DNA from: a virus
Virus record (IMG/VR): IMGVR_UViG_3300030228_000019
Strand: one strand, 5' to 3'
DNA length: 64,000 bases
Shown: one piece after another, positions 32,419 to 40,764 of the stretch
Numbering within the stretch: the first letter of the stretch is position 1
Layout: each line of letters opens with the position of its first letter
Notes under the pieces: model-generated
Seen by the model: only the letters and a program-made list of their open reading frames with translations
Told to the model about the DNA's origin: nothing
The model's database searches: none
Made by a program: the position numbers and the translations under genes

Positions 32419-32492
32419 GGGTCTGTAACTCAGGTTGGTTAGAGTCCTGCACTTTTAGCAGGAGGTCATGGGTTCAAATCCCTTCAAACCCA
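32419..32492 (+). tRNA. tRNA-Lys(TTT)-like, atypical anticodon loop
   Basis: Acceptor GGGTCTG/CAAACCC, D stem ACTC/GAGT, stem CCTGC/GCAGG around ACTTTTA, T arm GGG-TTCAAAT-CCC. Confidence 0.75.
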
Positions 32493-32493
32493 T

Positions 32494-32820
32494 TTATTTA
32501 TTTTCTGGTTCTTTATAACAAGTTTCACATTCCCAGTAATTAATATATTTTGGTTTTGTCCCAGTAACATATTCTTCATTTTTAATCTTTTTTACTTTCA
32601 TACTTCCATCCTTATTAAGAAGCATCTTATTATTTTTATCAAAAAGAACCTCATATAGATATTTACTTCTTTTTATTGAATTAAGGTCAAATTTTCCAAA
32701 ATATTCAAAGGTGTGACCAAGTATTTTTCTATCAGATTTTCTGATTTTTACAACTCCTTTTTTACCACATACAAGGCATTGAGCTTTTTTAGTTTCAATA
32801 TTTTTTTCTGCTGTTCTCAT
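32494..32820 (-). CDS. Zn-binding hypothetical protein
   Basis: CLVC...CETC. Confidence 0.7.
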   Translation of the reverse strand: MRTAEKNIETKKAQCLVCGKKGVVKIRKSDRKILGHTFEYFGKFDLNSIKRSKYLYEVLFDKNNKMLLNKDGSMKVKKIKNEEYVTGTKPKYINYWECETCYKEPENK

Positions 32821-32880
32821 TGTTTTCTACCTTTTTATTCTAATACTTATTATTATATTATTTTAATCATTATTAAAAAA

Positions 32881-33249
32881 TTATTCTGCAAGTTTAATAA
32901 GTCCAACTGTTTTATTTAAATAATTTTTCATTTCTTCATGCAAATAAATTATCATATTAGCATCAGTATCAATTTCTTTTATGCTTCCTGTTTTTATAAC
33001 TGGAAATAATTTAACAGTATATTCTTTTTCTCCAATTTTTGCTGTAAAATTATTTTTTATAAAATTAACAGATTCTTCTTTGTTCATTGCTGTATTTACA
33101 CCAACATAACCAACAATTGTGTCATTAAAAATATTTGTCATCTCTTGTGCTGGCACTGGAGTAGCTATAAAATATTTTATATCAAAAGAAATTGTTTCAC
33201 CTCTCAATAATTGTTTGTTCCATTTATCTGTATAAGTTTTAGTTATCAT
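32881..33249 (-). CDS. Hypothetical protein
   Basis: 122-aa ORF. Confidence 0.7.
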   Translation of the reverse strand: MITKTYTDKWNKQLLRGETISFDIKYFIATPVPAQEMTNIFNDTIVGYVGVNTAMNKEESVNFIKNNFTAKIGEKEYTVKLFPVIKTGSIKEIDTDANMIIYLHEEMKNYLNKTVGLIKLAE

Positions 33250-33299
33250 GGTTTTATAATAAAAAAGTTATTTAAAATATATAACATCAAATGATGTAT

Positions 33300-33587
33300 T
33301 TACAGTTTTTTATTTGAAACAATAATTTGTTTATTTTTTCCTTTTATATTGTAATATAAAATTGGTGTTGTTAATGCAAAACTTATTCCACCCTGTAAAA
33401 TAAGTGGATAACTTATTATTAAAAATCCATAAACCACATATAAAGCAAGTCCTGTCATTATGATGAGTAAATAATAAATAGAAAAATCTCTTGCTTCTTT
33501 TATTTTCAATGTTTTATAAACCTGTGGTAAATAAGCAACAACAATAAAGAAACTTGCAATATAGCCAATAATAACAGCAAACAACAT
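33300..33587 (-). CDS. SemiSWEET/PQ-loop membrane protein
   Basis: IGYIAS...YLPQVYKTLK...DFS, three TM helices. Confidence 0.85.
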   Translation of the reverse strand: MLFAVIIGYIASFFIVVAYLPQVYKTLKIKEARDFSIYYLLIIMTGLALYVVYGFLIISYPLILQGGISFALTTPILYYNIKGKNKQIIVSNKKL

Positions 33588-33625
33588 TTTATTATTTTTT
33601 TATATCAAAAGAATGGTGGTGGTGA

Positions 33626-33997
33626 TTAAGCCAGTCTCATCCCATAGGAAATTGACACTTTTTTATCAAGAACTGTTAATTTTCCCTTTAATTCATTTCT
33701 TTTTTCTTGCCATAGTTTATTTATTTCAACTGGTAACCAAAGGGTGACCTTTGTTTCATCTTCAAGTTCAGCATAAGCAACTGCCTTTGGTCCAAATTTT
33801 GTATTAACTTCTTTCATATAAAATATTTTTACAGGTGTTTGTTTTAATATTGTTTTTGTTTTTTTATCAAACCCACCAAAAACAAATGGTGAACCATAAG
33901 AAGGTGTGTTTCTCCAATCATTAAAATCTATATCCCATTTTTTCTTTTCTTTTCCAATTTCTTTAGAAACTGATTCTTTCATTTTTTCTTCAGACAT
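33626..33997 (-). CDS. Hypothetical protein
   Basis: 123 aa, GTGA RBS. Confidence 0.7.
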   Translation of the reverse strand: MSEEKMKESVSKEIGKEKKKWDIDFNDWRNTPSYGSPFVFGGFDKKTKTILKQTPVKIFYMKEVNTKFGPKAVAYAELEDETKVTLWLPVEINKLWQEKRNELKGKLTVLDKKVSISYGMRLA

Positions 33998-34073
33998 TTA
34001 TATCACTAATTAATTATTTATTTATTAATATATTTTATTTAAATTGCATTTATTTTAATTTTTTATTAAAGTA

Positions 34074-34568
34074 TTATTCTTTATAATTAAAAATATGCTT
34101 CATTAAAAAAGTCATGTTTTCAATATTACCATGCAATTGTATTGAATTAATAGCATTTTCTGAAAAATAAAGTTGATAAACCTCTTTTTCATTTTTTCTT
34201 GTTTGAATTGCCATTGGCTTTTCTAAAAACAAATCATATAAATTTTTTACAACAGTATTAAAAAATATTTTTGAATTATCTGGTGCTGTCATTTCAACTA
34301 AAAACCCATAATTTTCTAATTCCTTATCATAACTATATGCTACTAAACTATTAATTATTTTATCAGAAAATATTACCCAAACTGAATCCTCAACAAATAT
34401 TTTATTATTAAATGCAGCATTTTTAATATCAGAAAATTCAGTAAAAAGATTTAATGGTTTGACTTTTATAACTTCATTTTCAACTCTTTGTAATTTATTA
34501 TAATACTCTTTACTCACTATCTCAATTTTTGGAACTGGGTGTTCTTTTTTATTTTCTATTTCAACCAT
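34074..34568 (-). CDS. Hypothetical protein, paralog of 34602
   Basis: Shares YYNKLxRVE, AYxYDKEL and YQLYFS. Confidence 0.75.
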   Translation of the reverse strand: MVEIENKKEHPVPKIEIVSKEYYNKLQRVENEVIKVKPLNLFTEFSDIKNAAFNNKIFVEDSVWVIFSDKIINSLVAYSYDKELENYGFLVEMTAPDNSKIFFNTVVKNLYDLFLEKPMAIQTRKNEKEVYQLYFSENAINSIQLHGNIENMTFLMKHIFNYKE

Positions 34569-34601
34569 AAGCTCAACATTTTTTATTTAAAAATGCTTAA
34601 A

Positions 34602-35108
34602 CTATCTTTTAAGTTTTTTATAATCCTCTTCACTCACTTCTTGTAACTCACACAAATATCCCATCTTTATTATTCCATCACCAAATCTTGTTCTAAGCTG
34701 TAAAAGGTCAGCATTTATATCTGAAAAATATAACTGATAAGTTTCTTTATTTTTTCTTACAGTTTCTATTATTTGTGGATGGTCTGGCATCAACTGAAAC
34801 ATGTCTTTTACAATAATATTATAGAATACAGCCTTTCCATATTTATCTTCAGCACCAACTCTGAACACCTTGCCTACAAGTTCTTTATCATAAGCATAAG
34901 CCACTGCTGCAAAGCTTTCTTTTCCATTCATAAAAAGTTTATAAAGTTCAGGCTCTTTTTGTTGTTTCAGATATTTGAAATCTTCACTCAAAAACATTGG
35001 TTTTATGGAAAATACTTCTTTACTTTCAACCCTTTTTAATTTATTATAATAATCAGAATTTAATATTTCAACTTTCATTGTTGGTTTTTTGTCATTATAA
35101 ATTTCCAT
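34602..35108 (-). CDS. Hypothetical protein, paralog of 34074
   Basis: Shares YYNKLxRVE, AYxYDKEL and YQLYFS. Confidence 0.75.
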   Translation of the reverse strand: MEIYNDKKPTMKVEILNSDYYNKLKRVESKEVFSIKPMFLSEDFKYLKQQKEPELYKLFMNGKESFAAVAYAYDKELVGKVFRVGAEDKYGKAVFYNIIVKDMFQLMPDHPQIIETVRKNKETYQLYFSDINADLLQLRTRFGDGIIKMGYLCELQEVSEEDYKKLKR

Positions 35109-35184
35109 ATACTCAATATTATATTATAATTTATATATTTATACTTTACTATTTTATAATTATATAAAACCAGTTCATTAAGAA

Positions 35185-35250
35185 GGACTTAGGTTAATCA
35201 GCTTGATGTAAATGAGAATAAATTCATTTTAACCAATTAACCCAAAGTCC
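35185..35250. ncRNA. Candidate small structured RNA
   Basis: About 14-bp closing stem (GGACTT..GGTTAAT / ATTAACC..AAGTCC) enclosing an AAATGA/TCATTT hairpin, in an otherwise AT-rich intergenic stretch. Confidence 0.35.
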
Positions 35251-35420
35251 AATACTTAAATAAACTATTAAATATTTAATACTTTTGTTAAAACAATAAA
35301 AAGATAGGTTAAAATATATCACCACCAACTTACAACAGATTATTTTTTTATATTAGAAAAAAATAATTAATATTATTGGTGTATGATTATTTATATGACA
35401 CTGGTGCTAAAAATAAAAAG

Positions 35421-35960
35421 TTAAACCCATTTTAAATAAGGTTTTATAATTTCAAATTCCTTTATAATATTATTTTTATCAGAAAAATGAATAAAATTAT
35501 ATATTACTCTTCCTTTTTTTGTTGCCATCAGCTTGTTGTCTTTTGATAAACTTCTTATTGTTCCTTTTTTAGCTTTAGCTGGGTCTGTGCTACCAACTAA
35601 TAATTTAGCAGAATTTATTGCAGAACCTTTTTTCATTGCAACTATAATAACTGAAAAACCAGAAGTCATATATTTTGCTTGATTGTTTATTATTGTATTT
35701 CCCAATGATAATGGTTCTGTTGTTTTATAAATTTTGTTAATATTGATATTTCTTTCTTTATCCAAATCAATTACAGATTGACCAATTTGTTTAAGAACTA
35801 AATCTGTTTTATAATAAAATTTTTTCATATCCTTATATGAAAATAAAACTTTCTTTTTTATAACAAAAATAAAACCTGCTTTCTTAAGTTTGGATTCTAT
35901 TATTTTTTGTAAGGAACTTGTTACACCTGGCTTTATTATAAAAAGTTCAATTTCATACAT
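35421..35960 (-). CDS. ndk: Nucleoside diphosphate kinase
   Basis: FIIKPG, YMTSG, LVGSTDP...GTIRS, NFIHFSD (catalytic His). Confidence 0.9.
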   Translation of the reverse strand: MYEIELFIIKPGVTSSLQKIIESKLKKAGFIFVIKKKVLFSYKDMKKFYYKTDLVLKQIGQSVIDLDKERNININKIYKTTEPLSLGNTIINNQAKYMTSGFSVIIVAMKKGSAINSAKLLVGSTDPAKAKKGTIRSLSKDNKLMATKKGRVIYNFIHFSDKNNIIKEFEIIKPYLKWV

Positions 35961-36113
35961 TGTTTCAATTTAGTTTTAATATAATGATTTAAAATTTATG
36001 TGTAAAATATGACTTAGAAGCTGTGTATTTGCTGCCCAATCTAAACCCTAACCTATAAATATTATAATTAATATATAATATTGCAATAAGTTCAAATCCC
36101 AATGAAGTTATAT

Positions 36114-36184
36114 GCTTGGGTGGTGCATGGAAGCATTGAAGGGTTGTGACTCTTCAGAAGTGGAATCCTTTTCCACCCCAAGCT
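36114..36184 (+). tRNA. tRNA-His(GTG)-like, atypical
   Basis: Acceptor GCTTGGG/CCCAAGC, D stem GTGC/GCAT, loop TTGTGAC with one extra base, T stem GTGGA/TCCAC with non-canonical loop ATCCTTT. Confidence 0.7.
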
Positions 36185-36187
36185 TAA

Positions 36188-36272
36188 GGTGGTTTATCAA
36201 AGTAGACAAATGAAGTTGATTCAAAATCAACTGGATTTAGTTCCTTCAGAGGTGCAAATCCTCTAACCACCA
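36188..36272 (+). tRNA. tRNA-Leu(CAA)
   Basis: Acceptor GGTGGTT/AACCACC plus A, anticodon arm GTTGA-TTCAAAA-TCAAC, long variable arm, T arm AGAGG-TGCAAAT-CCTCT. Confidence 0.85.
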
Positions 36273-36285
36273 AAAAATTTCTTAA

Positions 36286-36996
36286 ATGAATAACATAAAT
36301 ATATTTAAATATTTATATAACTACATTATTATTTATATGGATAATAATATTACAGAACCAGATGTGCTGTTTTCTGTTTTTAAAAGAAAAGAATTCTGCA
36401 TCAGAGATATTTTTTATAAGTTAAAACTTCCACCAGACCTTGTTCTTTTTATAAATAAAAACCCTAACAATAGACATTATGGAAATTTTATAAACCAATT
36501 TATAAAAAATAAAGGAAGAACTGGATTTGCATATGGTAATTTATTAAATCAACCAAATATACTTAATTTTATTTATGATATAAAAAACAATGATTATATA
36601 AATATTTATATAATAAGTTACAAAAATACAAATGGTGCTTATCTTTTTAAAAATAATGAATATTTGACAGATGCCATCTTAAATGGAATAATATTATCAC
36701 ATACCAAAGAATTTATCAGAAATGGTCAAAAGATTAGCCAGGAATATAGTATTACTTTAAATGATATTAAACAATCAAAGAGATTTATTATCCAGTTCAT
36801 CAAGGAAAGCAGTTTTCTAGATATTGATTTTGTTAAAAAACAGAAGGATTCTTATTATAATGAAACAAAAACTGAAATAATTAGACCAATCCTGTTAAAA
36901 AATCATCTTTATAAAAAAATTGAAGAACTTGGACAAGAAAAAAGATTGGAAATAATAAATGAACTTTATAGTGAAATAATTAAACTGATTAACTGA
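36286..36996 (+). CDS. Hypothetical protein
   Basis: 236-aa ORF; likely real start at MDNN. Confidence 0.7.
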   Translation: MNNINIFKYLYNYIIIYMDNNITEPDVLFSVFKRKEFCIRDIFYKLKLPPDLVLFINKNPNNRHYGNFINQFIKNKGRTGFAYGNLLNQPNILNFIYDIKNNDYINIYIISYKNTNGAYLFKNNEYLTDAILNGIILSHTKEFIRNGQKISQEYSITLNDIKQSKRFIIQFIKESSFLDIDFVKKQKDSYYNETKTEIIRPILLKNHLYKKIEELGQEKRLEIINELYSEIIKLIN

Positions 36997-37368
36997 TTTT
37001 GTCTATTTTTATACAAAAAGTTACCCTTATATTTTTATAAAAAAGCTGTTTTTAGTATTTTTGTAATGGTAATTTCAATAATAAATGACATTATTTAATG
37101 AAGATTATTGCCATTTTTCTAAAATGGCTATAATTAAGCAAAATAAGCCCTAGAATCAATTTAGTTTATTACCCACTATTCTTTTGGGGTATTCAAATAA
37201 AATGCAGCACAGGTCAAAATTAAGCAATTATGGGGATTCTAGTGGAAGCTTATAATCTCACAAGAACCATAAAATAATATAAAACAGTTAAACCAACCCT
37301 AATTAGATAAAAATAATCAGTCAATATTTGGTTAATTTAATTTAGTCAGAATAATTATAAGCAAATAA

Positions 37369-37407
37369 TGGTCAAGTATAAGTTGGTCAAATATATAAGA
37401 TGGTCAA
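37369..37407 (+). repeat. Three TGGTCAA direct repeats, 15-17 bp spacing
   Basis: Copies at 37369, 37384 and 37401. Confidence 0.75.
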
Positions 37408-37810
37408 ATATAAACTATCAGTTATAAAATAGATTTGATTAGATATTATATATACATAATTATATAAGACCAAGTTATAGCCCATCTTAAATTAGATATT
37501 ACTAACCCTCTAGAATCCACACAGTGAGCAGGAATGGCACCTAGAAACTCTTATCTTTTTTATGGTAACAAAATATTATGCAAATAGATTAAATGACAGC
37601 CTGGATGAAATTAAGGGCATTTATAGCAATGAAAGAAACCCTGGAAAATAAATAGTGAAAAAACTGGACTGAAAAATACTCTAATTAGGGGATTAAAATA
37701 TTTTATTTGTATAATAATAAAGATAATGCCATAAAATAGATAAAAATATGTTATATAATGCTATAAAATAGGTAAAAATATTACCTGAAGAGGAAGGGTG
37801 GCTCTTTGCA

Positions 37811-37842
37811 CAAGCTTTCTCACTTAAAAGGGAGAAAGCTTG
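37811..37842. repeat. Perfect 11-bp inverted repeat CAAGCTTTCTC-N10-GAGAAAGCTTG
   Basis: Read directly; followed by a 9-bp inverted repeat at 37864-37887. Confidence 0.85.
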
Positions 37843-37910
37843 ATATTATAAACTAAATCTGTTAAAGTTATATTTTTCTATAACTTTGATTAATTAACTT
37901 AATTTTTTAT

Positions 37911-38010
37911 TTACCAGTCTATTTCTCTTTCTATTCAAATTCCATTTTTATGAAAAGTCATTACCAGAGTAATTCTCTCTCTAATCATATTCCATTTTTA
38001 TGGAAGATTT
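37911..38010 (+). repeat. Two tandem 50-bp repeats (39/50 identical)
   Basis: TTACCAG...TTCCATTTTTATG unit; inverted copy at 38241-38290 matches copy 2 at 43/50. Confidence 0.85.
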
Positions 38011-38119
38011 TAATAAAAAGTGAAAAACCATCTGATTCAGAATTAAGATTTGGCTATTTGGAACACACATATACAAGTATATAATATATATAGTATAGAT
38101 GGATTGAGTTCCCAAATCA

Positions 38120-38150
38120 ATGGTCCCTGCACATATAGTGCAGGGACCAT
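38120..38150. repeat. Perfect 13-bp palindrome ATGGTCCCTGCAC-ATATA-GTGCAGGGACCAT
   Basis: Read directly; centre of the larger symmetric structure. Confidence 0.95.
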
Positions 38151-38220
38151 CCATTTAAGGTCTCAATCTATGTTAACTATATATATATCCTTCTTGTATA
38201 TGTCCCAAAAAAGTAGCTAA

Positions 38221-38260
38221 AATCTTCCATAAAAATGGAAAATCTTCCATAAAAATGGAA
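38221..38260 (+). repeat. Tandem 20-mer AATCTTCCATAAAAATGGAA x2
   Basis: Exact reverse complement at 37990-38009. Confidence 0.95.
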
Positions 38261-38493
38261 AAGGTTTAGAGATAAAAATACTCTGGTAAAAAAATGTATA
38301 AAAAGCTTTTTATATATTGATTAATCAGGTAATGTAGCAGCCCTTCCTCTATTTCAATCCAGTTCACACCCAGACACCCTGTCTTTCAGGAGGAAGCAGC
38401 CCTTTTTTGCCATAATAACATGCCAACTCTATTTGCCAGTAAAAATAAACCAATTAGCTCACCATTACTTTATTTAACAGTTTACTATATTAT

Positions 38494-38673
38494 GAGTCAT
38501 TATTTAATTAATCAAATAATTTGAGTCATAAATAATAGGAGTCATATTATAATCTGTCACCCTAAATTGATGACCTATATTTATGTTGATATAATAGGTT
38601 GGCAATATAATGTGTGATAATATATGTGCTATAATATTATTATGACTCATATTATTATGACTCATATTATTAT
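38494..38673. repeat. GAGTCAT x3 facing ATGACTC x2 (the latter in a tandem 15-mer)
   Basis: Copies at 38494, 38523, 38539 and at 38642, 38657. Confidence 0.8.
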
Positions 38674-39433
38674 CAAATCAAATTTACTGGCATATAATGC
38701 TTTAGTTTGGAGTTCTATTTAATATATTCAGGTAAACCTATTTTTATTAAAAATATAATAATAAAAGAGAGCAAACTAATGGATTGTTTTGAAAAATCCT
38801 TCATATCTGAAAAAACAGCCTTCTCTTCTACAATATTCAAATTTGAATATTTACTTTACTACAAGCTCTCTCTCTCTATTCTACATGTAAAAAATGCCAT
38901 TTTTTCAATGTGGGTAAAAATTCACCTATTGTTTTAGCCAAATACCTACCCTTTTTTGCTAATTTTTCAAATTAATTGATTTTCTCTCTATAAAATAAGG
39001 TTTCTGAAATTAATACAATTTTCACAAAAATTAGATTAAAATTAATCTGGTTTATCAATGTAATACTGCAACAGTTTCTCTTAAATAATTATCTGGCATT
39101 AATTCTTTAATTGGCTGGCTTTCTAACTTTGTTAGATTTATAAAGAAATAAAGCTTTTTATAATAATTACCTGCCTATTACAAAAGCTGGTCAATAAAAT
39201 ATATAACCTGTTTTTTATATGCTTTTATATTGTTTTATAGTTTGTTCTCAAAACTTTACTATCAGTTTAATCCTGTATCTTTCAATTTTTTAATGATTTC
39301 TTTTTTATTATAAATACTATTTTCTAAAAGTTCTGGCATATGGTTAATTCTTCTCTTTCATAATCACATTTTTTGTTTAGGTATTTGAACAACTATTTTT
39401 AAGGTGTTGTTTAATTAAATAATTAATGATTAA

Positions 39434-39859
39434 ATGAGTAAAAAAATTAAATTAGAAAAAGAAACAGATGAATATGCTGATATACAAAGAAATCCTTTTA
39501 GAGAAGCTGCTGCAAATATACTTGACCTTCTTGAAGATTACCTTGCTGCTATTGGAATAAAGCCATCAAAAAAAGCTCTTGAAGATACTGAAATAGCTGC
39601 TATAATTTATGGTGAAAAATATTATTCTTATGAAGATGATTTTACTGATTCTTTATATAGCCTAATATATTCAAAAATAAAAGATGCTAAAACAATTGAG
39701 CAATATATGTTTTCACATGAAATGGCACCACTTATACTTTATTATGCAAGAATAAATAAAGTAACAATATCTCTTGAAGATGCCCATGAAAAACTGCAAA
39801 AAGACACTCTAAACATAATAAAATCCTTGCTTTTTTTAAATAAAAGATGGGGCATCTAA
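39434..39859 (+). CDS. Hypothetical protein
   Basis: 141-aa ORF. Confidence 0.7.
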   Translation: MSKKIKLEKETDEYADIQRNPFREAAANILDLLEDYLAAIGIKPSKKALEDTEIAAIIYGEKYYSYEDDFTDSLYSLIYSKIKDAKTIEQYMFSHEMAPLILYYARINKVTISLEDAHEKLQKDTLNIIKSLLFLNKRWGI

Positions 39860-40055
39860 TATGAAAGCAAAAAAACATTAAAACAAAAAATAAATAATAA
39901 AATAAAAAGAAGGATTTGATTCATTATAAATAGACCTTTCTGTTATATTTTGAATATAACATAATTGAGTTTAATTATATTGGGTCTAAACTGTTTGTTA
40001 ATTTGAATAAAAAAGTTTAAATATATTAAAGTAATATGTATTATTGGTAAATGAT

Positions 40056-40220
40056 ATGAAAACAGATAAACCTAAAAAGAAACATTCTGCATCAAAAAAT
40101 TATATGTTGTATGACTTGCCACTATTTGGTGTTGTTGTTTTAACTAATGATTATATTAAAACAAAAATAAAAGCAAAATTAAAAAAAGTAAACAATAAAA
40201 ACACAAAAAGTAAACAATAA
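40056..40220 (+). CDS. Small basic hypothetical protein (54 aa)
   Basis: MKTDKPKKKHSASKNYMLYDLPLFG...; not in the ORF track. Confidence 0.4.
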   Translation: MKTDKPKKKHSASKNYMLYDLPLFGVVVLTNDYIKTKIKAKLKKVNNKNTKSKQ

Positions 40221-40279
40221 AATAAAAAAAGACTTGATTTATTATAGATAAATTATAATAATTAAAAGATACACTGGTG

Positions 40280-40662
40280 TTGATTATTAAACATACTTTA
40301 CAAGAAATACAGTAATATAAACAAGAATATGGTGCTTATAAAAGAACAATGGCTTTGTTAAAAATTAGTCAATTAAAAAAGCTTGGATTCACTATTACAC
40401 AAAAAGGTATTGTTAAAAAAGATGGAGAGCCAATTTTAGTTAATAACTGGCATGATGGTGGAATAAAAACAAAAGAACCAATAAATATATTTAATGATTA
40501 TAGAACAAAAATAATATATGTAAATAACCAGCTTGTTTTTTATAAAAATTTTGTATTTTTGTTTCAGATTATTTGTTTGAAAAAAGAGAAGATGCTTTTG
40601 AAATTTATGATATAGTTAATAAAAAATTTGCCTCAGACCCAGACTTGTTTTTAACATTATAG
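40280..40662 (+). pseudogene. Disrupted hypothetical gene
   Basis: In-frame TAA at 40313 and a -1 shift at the T4 run 40549-40552 give a continuous coding-like product ending at TAG 40662. Confidence 0.45.
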
Positions 40663-40764
40663 ATTAATTTTATTATGCCATTTTTTAAATATTATTTAAA
40701 AATCATTAAAAATGAATATAAAATTAAAACCTATTAAAATTATAATTATTCTTGAAATATATGT

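Larger units (their letters stand above)
37000..39430. other. 2.4-kb non-coding control region (origin or resolution site candidate)
   Basis: No credible ORF; dense in direct and inverted repeats. Confidence 0.6.

Noticed and set aside
32419-32492. Reading the tRNA as an ochre (TTA) suppressor
   Set aside because: Placing TTA at 34-36 destroys the anticodon stem pairing.
36041-36055. CTAAACCCTAACCTA as a telomere-like repeat
   Set aside because: Only about two imperfect units, internal position.
36090-36100. GTTCAAATCCC as part of a fourth tRNA
   Set aside because: Only a T-loop-like motif; no acceptor, D or anticodon arm could be folded upstream.
16234-36110. 17-bp match AAATCCCAATGAAGTTA at 16234 and 36094
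   Set aside because: A few matches of this length are expected by chance in 64 kb of AT-rich DNA, and there is no flanking similarity.
38221-38260. Tandem 20-mers and 50-mers as a CRISPR array
   Set aside because: Copies are adjacent with no unique spacers, some are inverted, and no cas genes are present.
38707-38937. 76-aa ORF inside the non-coding region
   Set aside because: TTG start, no RBS, no recognisable motif, lies in repeat-rich pyrimidine-skewed DNA.
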